Assembly (NCBI RefSeq): GCF_022539665.2
Contig: NC_081332.1
Coordinates: 806,001 to 870,000 of the forward strand
Direction of reading: 5' to 3'
DNA: 64,000 nucleotides
Source: Daphnia carinata
Lineage: Eukaryota
The position numbers and the translations under genes were made by a program. Every line of letters starts with the position of its first letter. Positions within the stretch are counted from its first letter, which is position 1. Positions 50,401 to 62,994 of this stretch are shown here, in pieces. Below the pieces are notes generated by a model that worked only from the letters and a program-made list of their open reading frames with translations, was not told where the DNA came from and made no database searches.

Positions 50401-53400
50401 CAAATCAAATGAGGGAAGCATTGGATGAAAAACAAAATTTAGCCGATTTCAAGCAACAGTTCAATGTGAAAGAGAGAAAACAGTTGGGTAGCATCAAGTG
50501 TAACCTGTATACCGATTTTCAAACTACAATTGTACAGGATTGCAGCGTCTCTGACGCTTATAAGCATTGCCTCAAGTTCATCGAACTAGTCGAGAAGAGT
50601 GGCATTGGAAACAACAAATCCGTTCCGATAGCTGTGTCTCTTTGCCCTCTTCAAGCAATCATGGGGCAAGATGAGGAAGACCAGTTTAAATCTAACGATG
50701 TCGATCAAGACCTCATCAGTCGTTGTGCCTTTATTTGGAACGAATTGGAAAAAATCTGTGCGAAATCCGTTGCCATTCGCACTGTCAACAAAAAAATTGG
50801 TAGCACTGCATTGTGTCAGTTTGAAAAGGCCGTGGGTAAGTACAAATCGTTCATGCAAACGAGTTTGAAAAATGGCATCACGAAAGTGCGAGAAACTGGA
50901 CAGCAAAAGGAAATTGAAAGAGTGGCCCACATCGTCGAAAACCACGCGATTTTCAAGCCTTCGCAATTAGAACGTTGGCTTCTTTTCAAACAGGAAGAGT
51001 GCAATTTGTACGGAAAAATTAGCAAAATGGCAAAGAACGTTCGTATAGCAAGCAAAAACAAGGTGGAGAATGAACTGGAAGAATTCTTTGAAACAAAATA
51101 CACCATGACTCTTAGTCTTCCTGCTATGGACGGAAGGACAAACAAGATCCTTAAAAAAATGAAAAACTACACTGATTCATGCGTGAAACTGTGTCAGACT
51201 GAAGACGATAGTGAAACGAACGACAACGAGGAAGAAGAGAGCAACATGCCATGGACCCATCAAAAACAAAATTATGTTCTCTCCAAAGTTTGTGAGTTTG
51301 ACAAACACGTGGAAAAGAATAAACATCTAGGAAACAAAGTCCGATTCTTCGTGACTTTCTGCGAGACGGACGAAGCCGTTGGATGTCGCTACTCTGTTTA
51401 TGACACTAATAGTCTACTAAAGGATAACATTAGCCAATTGCCCGAACCCCCAACAGGTCTGCGGATTCAAGTAGCGAAAACGAGTAACCCGCAAAAAAGA
51501 AACATCGTTCTACTGTGGGACTATGCAGATCTTGGCTTACCCTGTCGTTTTCTTGTGCAATATCGACCAAGTGATGGTAACAATGAACCTTGGATGGAGA
51601 AGGAAACAACAAAACCCGGCGAAATGCAAATTACTATCCGCCACAAAACGGGATCGGCGATAGAATTCCGCGTTGCGGCCGACACTTGCATCGGCCGAAC
51701 TGAGTTCAGTGGAGTATTCAACCAAGAGTCCGCGTCGGATGCTGACGATGATGAGGAAAACAATTCAGACAGCGTCTCGACGTACTCGGAAGAGGTAAGA
51801 CAACGCTCCGAAATGAGAGAACCCGCCGCTTCGTTGCAAAGCAGTCGGTCATCGACGAGAAATGTTACAACTACGTTAAAACCTCCGACTAATGTGGAGG
51901 TTGAAACGGTCACGCAGAGCACAGCCGAACTGGGGTGGATTGATACTGTAAACAAGAGCGTCTCTTATCGGGTTCGCTATTGGCAATACGGACAGGATGA
52001 AACGCAGGCTGAGGAACTGGAAATCGCCGTCGGTGAAACCAGCTGTCGGCTGGAACGTCTCCAGCCTGAAACAACATACAGCGTCAAGATCGTGGCCGTT
52101 TCAAAGGGCGGACGGGAGATGAGTGAGCCTAGTGAGACAATCAACCTAAAGACCGTCCATAAACACGTCCGTTTCGCTTTAACTATGTGCAAGCGTGGCA
52201 TAAAGGTTGCTGAAAGAAACGGGTTGGATCTCCTCGCTGTTCCACTCAAAAAATCATCTCGATCCAATCGCACCGTGGAACGTTTCGTCTTTGGTAAGGA
52301 AGGTAGCGGTGCTGGAAGTGTACTGCAGAGGACGATTTTGGTGATGGGCGCCACTGGTGCGGGCAAGACGACGCTGATCAACGGAATGATCAACTACATC
52401 TTCGACGTCCAATGGGACGACCCGTTCCGTTTTGAGCTCATTCGCGAGCAACTCGCCGGCAATTCGCAGAGCCACAGTCAGACCAGCGGTATCACGGTCT
52501 ACGACATCAATCACACTGAAGGATTTCGCGTGCCGTACTCGCTGACGATCGTTGACACGCCAGGCTACGGTGATACTAAAGGTCTCGACCGCGACAAGGA
52601 AATCACGGAAATGATTCGCAAGTTTTTCGAAGACAAAGACGGCATCCAAAATGTGGACATTATTGGATTTGTCGCACAAGCTTCGTTGCCTCGCTTGACG
52701 CCCACCCAAACGTACATCTTCGACTCTGTGTTTTCCATTTTTGGTAAAGATGTCGAGGAAAACATAGACTTTTTGTTGACGTTTGCCGACGGCCAGCACC
52801 CACCTATTCTGACCGCTATCGCAGCGGCCGAGCTACCCTACCCAAAGGAACCTGATACCGGCATGCCACGCCATCACAAGTTCAACAATTCCGGTTTCTT
52901 CTGTACAAACCGCGAATCCAGCGGCACGAGCAAAACGGTCGACAAGTTCAACCGCTTCTTCTGGCGTATGGGCATGGAGAATTTCGAGCTTTTCTTCTCC
53001 ACGTTAGCTTCGATGAAATCGAAATCGCTTTCGTTAACTAAACAAGTTCTGGAGGAGAGGAGGCAACTGGAAGCGACGGTGCAGGGGCTTCAACCCCTAA
53101 TCAAACACGGTTTGACTAAAATGGAGGAGATGAGAAAAGTGACGCAAATGATCACAGACTGCCAGGCGCAGATTGACGCCAATCAAAATGTCACGATCGA
53201 GGTGGAGGTCAACGAAGCCGTGCAAGTCCAGTACACCGATGGTTGCCTAACAAACTGCAACAAATGCCACTACACATGTCACATCCCGTGTTATTTGGAC
53301 AATACTGATAACAAGCTCAAATGCTCAGCTATGGATCACTCAATGCCGGAAGCAACTCGATCGTGTACCGTTTGTCCGCAAAAGTGTATCTGGAATTTGC

Positions 53401-53822
53401 ACGAAAATCAACCGTACAAGTGGGAATATGTCAAGCAGAAGAAGACCACTTCATCCGACGCTGTCAAAGCAAAGTACGAAAAGGAAATGAAAAAGAAGTT
53501 GACGGCCACGCAACTAGTGCAAATTCTGGAAAAGGATGTCGAGAAAAACGATGAGATGGTTCTGCAACATGTTGTCACTGTTACGCGATGCATCAAGCGA
53601 CTTGAGGAGATCGCTTTGCGTCCAAATCCGTTCTCGACGCCCCAGTATATCGATTTGATTATCGACTCAGAGCAGAACGAAAAACGTCAAGGCTACAAAG
53701 AGAGGATCGAGAGTTTGAAGAAACTCCGTCAGATGGCCGTCATTACGACCAAGATCAAAAATAAGGAAAATGTAATGAGCAGAGATCGAAAAGACGATTA
53801 TGAAGAGGAGGACGACAATTAA
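47461..53822 (+). CDS. Cluster gene C (~2070 aa): [stonustoxin-like module + FN3] x2 + FN3 + septin/AIG1-like GTPase + Cys-rich/coiled-coil tail
   Basis: Exons 47461-47569, 47640-49856 and 49930-53822 joined by 70- and 73-nt phase-1 GT-AG introns. Both modules carry QAS(I/F)M(A/G)GL.E..RG..KYL, NPTHIVVGVTYGAE.YC and (I/V)PIA..L.PL. G1 GATGAGKT at 52347, DTPG, LTFAD, KFNNS; NCNKCHYTCHIPC. Confidence 0.88.
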
Positions 53823-53919
53823 ACGGCCTACGCGTACGACGATGATGATGACACCCTGTCGTTGCAGAGCGAACACATTTAACTAAAATAAAATCTTACT
53901 ATTTTTTGTTATTGAAGTA

Positions 53920-54095
53920 CCCGCTGAAGTCCATCATCTATTCCCCGCTTAAGTTTATCATCTATTCCCCGCGTAAGTCCATCATCTATTCCCCGCGTAA
54001 GTCCATCATCTATTCCCCGCGTAAGTCCATCATCTATTCCCCGCGTAAGTCCATCATCTATTCCCCGCGTAAGTCCATCATCTATTCCCCGCTTA
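53920..54095 (+). repeat. Minisatellite, 24-bp unit CCGCGTAAGTCCATCATCTATTCC, ~7 copies, ~100 bp downstream of the gene C stop
   Basis: Read directly. Confidence 0.95.
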
Positions 54096-54651
54096 TCAAT
54101 TTGTTGTTTAGTATTTGACCCGAGTGAAAGTGAAGCACGTCAAAGTAGTACACAGCAATATCATCATTTGTTTTTCTGGGCGATAAGGATCAGTACGGTT
54201 GAATTTTTCAATGCAAAAAGCAGATCACGGAGAGAGAAAGAATTTTTCCCAGTGAAAATTGGAATGACGTTGGCTGAATAGAGATTGCAAACATACAGTC
54301 ATGTTATAAACAAGCTAATACAACTTGAGACTCGTATCGCCGTTCCCATTTCTAGTTTAGCTTTAACTCACGCTAATGACAACATAGCCCCCAACATAAC
54401 AAAACTTACTAACACAAGTGCGCGACTATTGGGCATGGAAAAATGTGAATGCCCCCCTACTTTCTATTGGGCCTATTCCATTTGTCCTCCTGCGGCCTAC
54501 CCTCACGCAATTCCACTTCTGATCCACTAACTACGTCATGTCAAGAAGCAGATAACCAAAAGTGCTAAAACGTGTTCAATCCGGCTAGCCACCAAACGAT
54601 TACGAATTGAAATAATTAAATGCACTTACTTTGCTCTAATTGAAGATTTAT

Positions 54652-55843
54652 ATGATCAAAAACAAGCAGCCTATTGCCACACATTTGGGAAGGTATATTA
54701 CCCTATTGAGTTAGAAAGCACAATTACTTTTTCGGTATCGTGTCACAGGCTTAAAACATGCAGTATGAACTAAGCAATCTGATGACTCCGGTTGGTAACT
54801 TGGTATGAGCTTGGATTTCCAAGTCACGCGGAAATGCAGTGTTGCCTGAATCTTATCAGTCATGATAAATTACATTTATATAAATATTATGATAAGGTAT
54901 ACTGTATATGATAAGGTTCAGATTAAATATTAAAATACGAAAAATAAAATTTCAGCACATTACGTGCATGGGGCTTATTTTCCATGTTTTGGTTAGTAAA
55001 TGACAAATTCATAATTGAAATTAAAAGGATTCAGAATGCTTCATTTCCTCACCCATCCTTATTCACCATCTTCTCGAATCTTATTGGCTAATGACGGCCA
55101 TGTTTTTTCCCGCCTTTCGCAAAGGGTTGAGAGAGCTTCTTTTTGCCTAAGGTTGTCCTGAAATTTCCTCGTCTCATTCTTTTATCTGCGTAGTTAAGAG
55201 TGGATCTCCTGAGAAAATGGAGCCGTGTATTTCTCGACAACAGCTACACAATTAAGTTTTCATATAATTTTAGCTTGGTTTTCTTATGGTCGAGAAGATC
55301 TTGATATGGTCATTCTATCTGTACGTTTGGGATGGTGATTTACGTGTGTGATGTGCTAAGCTGTGAAGACATCATGGCGGCGGGGATGGACGTAGACGAT
55401 TTTGAAAATTTACACATGGAACTTTCGAAGCTGCATGTATAATGGTAACGAAAAATCTTGACTGTGCATCAATTGGCACTGAAACGAAATTTACCCTGTG
55501 TTTTTTATCGATACCATCACTCGTTATTAGATTGTTGAAATTTATAGGTGTCAGCTCTTGGCTAACGATCTGACGTGTGCAGGTGCTCCTCATGGTAACT
55601 TTTAATTTTTGGTCAAGTGATTTCCAAATTTCCTTAAAATATATTTATTGCCTAACATAGCTTACGCAACATGTTGAACACGTGTTGCGACATTACAGAT
55701 ACGGTTGTTGAAATCGAAATTACCTAGTTCGAACTTACACCTTTCCATCCTGAATACCTAGCAGCCTATTGGGTGAGAAATGTTGCTCAATCACCTTATA
55801 AATTAAAATAATTGTTACACTATTTAAATGTGTGAATCTCTAG
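54652..55843 (+). repeat. ~1.19-kb direct repeat, copy 2 (copy 1 at 34278-35446)
   Basis: See copy 1; carries an extra AT-rich stretch around 54875-54945. Confidence 0.92.
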
Positions 55844-57246
55844 AGGTATAGAGGTCGTCGATATAAATTAGAGCGAATGAAAAATTGACCGGCACATCAT
55901 TTTTTGATTAACTCCTTGATATTCGTAGTCTCCATTGTGGTACAATAGTTGATCTCATGCATCCAGATGTAACACGTTTTATCTCGTGACTTGCTGGTGG
56001 AGCGACACATGTGTTGGCCGTACAACTATGGACGTTGAATACGTTAAGCAATAGACTTTTTAAACTGACAAGTGTTGCCGGTCACCCACATGAAAAATTT
56101 ATGCTTGTAACGGAAGACAAGTTGAACGTTTTTTTAAATTGTTTAATTTAATTATTTATGTAAAAATTTCTAGTTATGCATTCTTCAATTCGTTTCACAC
56201 CGATCTTTTGCCGCCAAAATTCTTGCTTGGTGAATCTAACCAAGTGCAGCCATTTTAATTAGTTGTCACGAGATTGAAAGACCAGGTTTGTTTCAACCTT
56301 TCAAGTTTTTTATGATCATTTGTTATTTTTCATAAGGAATGCATTTTTAAGGTCTATATTAACGTGAAAGAAAATGTATTTGGGCCGATTGTGCAGATCT
56401 TTATCGTTTGTGCTCTAATTATCTTTGAATGTGTTATGCTTGCATAATGGGAAGGTAAAATTTACTAAAAATCTACTTGATTATGTGAATGTGAATGCAG
56501 TAAAAAAATATCCAAGTGTTTTCATTGCACAAGTTTTGTAATTACCTAAAGTTATCGCTTTACCTTTTTTGTGCTTTGCAGACATTCTGGCATACTTCAA
56601 CGATAGGACACTAAATAGGCACAGTATGGCTGCGTGGGCACAGTCTGGAAAATTTATATCAAGACAAGAATATATGGATATATTTGTTACTTGATCTTCA
56701 AGACTGAGGTGCTATTGTCATGGCTACCTGAAAAACTCAACTGCCGCAGAGAGATAATCCACAAAATCAGTGTGTAGCATGATAGGTAAATAATTCAAAT
56801 GTTACAATGTAGGAGCATCTGAAGACATTTTCTAACTTTATCAATTGAATATAGATGAAACGAAGCGGCACACCGTTAGGGCGGAAAAAGCTAATATCGT
56901 CCATTTGCATGAAAATCTGCAAAGAACATGTCATAGGTGATCAGATCTGCTTAAATAGGTCGAGGTTTTTTGTTACAGATCACTCAATCCCGAGAACCAA
57001 CAGCCTGATGGTAAAGCTGAAATATGTCTATCGGCCAATTCATGAAGAATTGATGGATGCGATTATGAACGACGAAATGCAGAAAGAAAAACAGCGTGTG
57101 GTAGCATATAGATCTCTATATTTTTACAGCTGAATATACAGAGGTATATATTGAACAAGTGTATTTATTTGAAATAATGTCTATTTAACAAAACTATTGA
57201 AGGCTGTCCCCTTATGGTGGTTGATGCATAAATAAGAAGCTGGAAG

Positions 57247-58808
57247 CTAAAATGCGTTTCGACACTGACCAGTGCAGCGTTAAACACTTGACGTCCCTGG
57301 CAGTTTGTTGAACTGCCCGGCTTAACAACTTGCTGCACTTCCCTTCGGTTCCGGTCGGGTCTGCATGAAAACCATCAGAAATTAATATCGTACCGTGGAC
57401 AATCGTAAAGGTATTAACAATTTTCTTTTACACTATCGGGTTGGTGCCTTTGCCCTGTCCAGTTCCAGTCCGACTAGGATTGAGCAAAGGAATATTGCTG
57501 CTGGGAAATTGAATGGCTCCTAAACTTCCCTGTTGTCGACGTTCGTATCCATTGCCTTTGATTATCTTCTTACTCTTCTTTTTCTTACCGTACTTGACCG
57601 CGTCTTCAAAGTGAAGACTCTGATAAGCCAACCAGATGCGGAAGACGTCGTATTCGGGATGAAACTGATCGTAAACGCTATCGAGTAAATTGTTTTCTTC
57701 GCACGAAGAGAAATAGGGCGAAGTAGGATTGGTGATATCGACGCATTCCAGTTGACGTTTCAAAACGTCATATCCCAACAGCTTATCTTGAGAATCATAA
57801 CTCGAACACGGGCCGCTCGTTCCCAGCTCGTAACAGACTCCGTTCTTGGTGGGTACCCATTGCACCTGTCGCGCATGGCCGTAGATGGCACCGTCTCCGT
57901 AGATTGTCGCGGGCAATTCTGGACATTGAGATGGCGTGCAACTCAAACCCCCCTCCGAATCGATAGTTAAAACATGTCGGTAGGGACACGGGCCTGAAGA
58001 AATCGAGGAATTGCAGTAACGTGATGGCGGAACTAAGTATAGTTGGCTAACCTTGAGTGAAAAGTGGGACACAATCGTCCTGAGGGTACGGGAAAGGATA
58101 ATGTCCAACGGGACAATCGCAAATGGGGTCTCCGTAAGGCGAATAATAGAGACGACGACCGCCTTGGCATTCGATCGGGTCGTAGATATCGTGACAAAGT
58201 CCATCGCGAACGACGAAAACTCTTTCCCTTCCGCAGAGCCGCGGAGTGCATCGTCCCTGATAAGATTTGCATTTTTATGTTTCCTTTTCTTTTGACACAA
58301 ACATTTCCCGTCATACCTTGAACGTGTAGGGGTCCACTGTGACCCACTGCTTGGGGTCATTGCAAGGGCCTCGACCGAGCACGGGGTAGCATTTTCCATC
58401 CTTTGCGAACCGAACGGAATTTGAATCGCAACCATCGTCTGGAATCGTTCCGTTGGCGGGCATCGTTTGCTGGAAGAAAGGCGTAGCGTCGTCCGTTGGC
58501 AGTACGACAATATTCGGATTGAATTCTTCTTTCTTTTCCTTTTTCTTTAACCATTTCTTCATTTTCTTGGTTAACGTCGATAAACTACGCCCATCGTCTT
58601 TCGAACTTCTTCTGGAACTCTTCCTTGTTATTCCTCGTGAAAATAATTTTTCCGTCCATGTTCGTCTGTCATTCGCGTACGGGATGGAAGATCGGATTAA
58701 TCTCGTGCGATTCTCCGGGGCGAGGCTCTGCTGCTGGGCGCTAGATCCGAGAAGAATAGCCAGCAACGATACGAGTAAAACGGCTATGCTTACAATGATG
58801 CCATCCAT
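57247..58808 (-). CDS. Secreted cysteine-rich protein, DUF4789-like
   Basis: Signal peptide MDGIIVSIAVLLVSLLAILLGSSA. Exons 58808-58317, 58256-58052, 57993-~57432 and ~57360-57247. Repeated C(Y/V)...GPC motifs (CYPVLGRGPC, CVPLFTQGPC, CYELGTSGPC) and CDCPVG. The 3' end is uncertain. Confidence 0.72.
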
Positions 58809-61051
58809 CGTGGATATTGAGTTTCGTTTATTGTTTCCCCCACCGGCGAGCGAATGGTTTTTGAGCACTTGACTGGTCACAGAGTTGAGGTGAAGTGAGA
58901 TGAGCTCGTTCGCAATGAAGGTGTATAGGAGAAAACTGATCCCCGTGTTCGCTGAGCTTTCACCTTCTGTATCCACCAAAAAAAAAAAAAAAAAAAAAAA
59001 AAGGATTTTGCTGTCGGAGAAAATGAGTGGCATTCTCATCTTCCAGTTTTTTTGAATTGGGACGGTATTGCATTAAAACTTGGTCAGACCTAACGGTAGA
59101 TTTTTTCCTTTTTTGATGCGAGTTGCATCTGTAGCAACTCTGTGTGTATGAATTATCAGCTGTTATTGGGTCACTCATCACCGTCAGCTTTCACACGCAC
59201 GCGTTTCTATTTTTCCCGACCGGTTTTTCTGCAACGATAAATATGTACGCATTGAAATTGAGCAAATGTTTCAGTTTGGGTTTCTGTCATTGCGAGAGAG
59301 CGCTTTGATTAAAAGCGAACTGGTCCGCCTGACAGGGGAGTTCCCTTTCTACTCCCCATCAAGACAAGGACGAGGGAGCATCCCGAAAACGTTATCGTGT
59401 AAACATATTTTATTCGGAATTATTTCTCTCTGTTTAACCGACTTGAAAGATTACTACTCGTATCTCGATAATGTCCAAACAGACGTAATCGCATATAGGA
59501 ATAGAAAGTGCAATTAGAATAATTGGTTACAGCGTTTATATTCTAGCAGGCTTCACTTATTTTTTGTGTGATTATTTTAATGCTTGAATTTTGTTTTTGT
59601 TTTTTCTCTTCTAGGTTCTACGCGTTTACATAGAATTTCGAAAGTGTTCTGACTGGAGTGGGCGATTCCAGTTTGTATCACAAGCCAAATGACACTGAGG
59701 TTAGTGGAACAAGTCGCAACTCAAATGGAACGTTTTGTTATCGGTCACCAAGTTATTGAAAAAAAATGAACAAAGCATATCGACACCTGTATCGGTGCCG
59801 CCCACGTCGTGATTCACGCTTCCGGCTAAAGAAAAATGCTGAATCACTCGGCATGCTGGTGGAACGCAACTGCAAGCCCATTATAAAGACTATCCAGTTA
59901 TGTAAACACGTACACCTATGGCGCAGGTCAGTGTTATAGGCTGAAAAAAGAACGAAATGAACCGTAGACAGGTAACTCTGAAAATCGTTTTTGACTCGTA
60001 TTAGTGACCTTAAACTTACTAATAATGTTATTAACACACAATTAAGGAAAGCTTTTGTTACAGGTTAGAGGAGAAATCTGTGTGATATAGTTGAGCTATC
60101 ATCAAAGACAGCAATCACGTCATTTGAAAACCAGAAATTCCTGACACCAATGGCCGAGAAAAACCTTGGACATTTCTAATCAATGGGTTTTTTCCAAATT
60201 TGGCGAAGAGAAGATGACCCTTTAATATTCCTGTTGCTGGAAAAACAAAAGAAACCCGGATCAAGTAAGTCGTTTTCCTCAAGAAAATATTTTCAAAGTC
60301 TTAATTAGCATTTATTAGAGTATAGATCTTAGATTATTGTAGACTTTTAAGGAAGTAAAGTTTCCATAATTCTACTTCTCTTGGATGTAGATTCAAGGCA
60401 TATATTTCGCCTACGTAAACGGAGAATTTGAAAGTTCAGTATTCAAGTGAAATGGAATGTCGTTGTAATTTTTGAAAGTAATAAAGCCACCCAAGATCAA
60501 AGGCGGATAACTCAATACGTTGTTACACGCTCTTCTGGAATGCTATAGGTACTTTCATAGTAAATAGTTGAGGAAAGCAATCATTTTATGGCAAATGATG
60601 AACCATTAAGTATAAGCCAAACTGTTCATTATATTATTTATTTCATCACCCATGACCTTCAAACTATTATATATTTACAGTTGATTAAAAGCAGCTGTAA
60701 CCAACCACGCAAATGTAAGGAAAAGCCAACACTACTTGATCTCCGACTATGCGAGGAATTAAAATGGGAACAAACGGAACTTGGTGTTTTGGGAAGATCG
60801 ACTCTTATAGCATTGCACTTGGGCTGCAAACATCAAGCGCCATTGAGGAATGTTAAAATAAAAAGGGCAGACACTATAGCAAAGGAGCAACCAATGGAAG
60901 AAAGGAAGAAAAATTAAGTTGACCAACAATAGAGAGAGAGGAAGGCACATTCAAGTTCAACAACACAATGAGAGAAACCGAAAGTAAAGATTCCTCGTAC
61001 AAAACGAAAAGCTTATTCATCATAATGTGATACGGCACTATCACTGGCACT

Positions 61052-62994
61052 TTAAATTCCATTATGAAGAACATGGAAAGCGGCGCCCAAAGCCCAACTG
61101 GTCTCGTAGCCGTCAATCTTCTTCCTCAACTGTTTTTTTACAAAAGAAACGATTAATGTAATGGAAGGATGAAACGCTTGCCATATTGAACACACCTGCA
61201 ACTTGGTATTGGTAGCTAAACCGAACCCATGATGAAGCAAGGCAGAAATATAGGTCATATCCAAGCAGGCAAAAGCTTGGTCCGGATTCGGGACGGCACA
61301 AACTATCGACATAAAAATTTAGTGAAAATTCAAGGTAATTTTAATTTAAATCAAATTACTTTGTTCTGCCATTTTAAATAATTCTTTTATGGTCAATGTT
61401 CCACCCTCAGATGAGTCTGAATAAATGAAAGTTTATTAGGGTGGCTGTGGATTTAAAGGAATTTAAGAAAATATACCTATCAAACCATGGTCGCTGGCTC
61501 TGTCGTAATAATACGAAATGGCCAACACTTCGCGGTCATTGAGCTCGGCAGGTTTATGAACAGAAGTTTCTAGAAGACTACGACTGAGTCTGAGGCACTC
61601 GTTAAAATCAGCTTTAGGTACACCGCCTTTCTTTTGCCACTCGGACAGAGGAATTTTCTCGACGTCAACATCGTGAGTTCCTTTCACAATGTAATTCACG
61701 CCACTATAAGTCCAACCTTTCTTTACCATAGGGTTAATGCAAGGTGAACGCAATTCAAGTTCTCCTTCCTCTTGGCCAGCCGACAGAATTTGTTTTCGCG
61801 CTGCCATCAATCCTAACCCAAGGTAACTATTTTAAAACAAAAGATAATGTTACAGTGTGCAATGAAATAGTACCGAAACGTTATATACCTAAATGAGTAA
61901 ACATCAATCTTTTGCTGAAGGGTGGCTACTTGGTGGATAAATCCTTGAGGGGCTCCCTCCATTGTACTTTTTTCTAAGTTTTTTAGAAAATTACGTAATT
62001 GTTCTAATCTAAACAGTAAATTTTTGGATTCCTACCTTTGGGAACGAAAGTAATTTGCGTTGAACCTCCACCCAAGTCTAATGCTGCCACGGTTTGTTCA
62101 GGATGGTGCAGACGATCTGTAAAACAACAAATCATGTTTTTATTCAAGTAAGCTACGAATTCAAAGTTACCAACCGAGGAGGAAATTGATGGTAAACCAA
62201 GAAAAGAGACCCTCGTCAATGCCGTCCATGATGCTCACCGACCGCGGTGTCACCATGAATCCAGATTCTTCAAATACTCGACGTACCTGAAATTGTACAC
62301 AACCCTAGTAAGTGGGCAAACGGTGTAATGAAAAAGGCATTTACCTCTTCAAGAATAAGATTTGCTTTTTCAGTAGGTAAAAGTCTCAAGCCGGCTGTTG
62401 CCTTCAGGACTAGGGGCGTTTGGTGCCAAAGGTGAGGGGGTACAACTTTTTTGGCCTTGTCTAAAAGCTGTTTGATGGAATCTGCTCCTTTTTTGGGGTC
62501 GTCGGCAAAGGAAGACAGGCCGGGTTTGATATGTGAATAGAACTCTTGGTCGAGTTTAACACTTCGGTCTATGAAAAGTAATTGTTTAAGAGAAGGCACG
62601 ATTTAATGGACTTTGTATTTACCTGATAATGACCGATGAAAGGTAAAAGCCAACACTCTTGAGCCTGTACTACCAGCATCAATAACAACCGTGTAAACAT
62701 GCTCCTGAAGGCCAAGGCTTAAAGAAAGCTTGTCCAAAAGGTTCGTGCTGTGATGGGGAGAAATCCAGCCTGTTGTGTTGTTGACCATAACTTGAACGTA
62801 AAAAGTCTATTAAGGCATATCCAATTCATTTTGTTTCTACACTATTTCTTACCTGTTGCAATAAGAACAGTCAGTGCAATCACAGTTGTGAAGAAGAGTA
62901 TCCGTATGACTAGGAAGGCTCTTGAAATGCTAGTCGTCTTCTCTTTAATAGACATTGTCGTATTCTTCTCTGGGGTAAACTGGATGACAGCCAT
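61052..62994 (-). CDS. ENTPD5: Ectonucleoside triphosphate diphosphohydrolase 5/6-like apyrase (GDA1/CD39 family), multi-exon
   Basis: All five apyrase conserved regions: VVIDAGSTGSRV, KATAGLRLL, MDGIDEG, LDLGGGSTQ, ETSWALGAA. N-terminal signal-anchor FLVIRILFFTTVIALTVLIA. Start codon uncertain; ENTPD5 vs ENTPD6 not resolvable. Confidence 0.92.

Noticed and set aside
37444..53822. Bacterial contamination or horizontal transfer suggested by the long uninterrupted ORFs
   Set aside because: Each gene has conserved spliceosomal GT-AG introns and sits among typical intron-rich animal genes
27213..53822. Functional linkage of TAB2 (NF-kB pathway) with the GTPase-toxin cluster
   Set aside because: Only proximity (~8 kb, with two housekeeping genes in between); no sequence evidence of co-regulation
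53906..54118. ORF with KSIIYSPR repeats
   Set aside because: Arises from the 24-bp minisatellite; non-ATG start; likely 3' UTR/flank of gene C
34922..55593. Similar small ORFs MRSTCTR… at 34922-35179 and 55372-55593
   Set aside because: They lie inside the DNA-level duplication and differ in length and stop position; no recognisable domain. The repeats also lack TG…CA ends, PBS/PPT and internal gag-pol, so they are not LTRs
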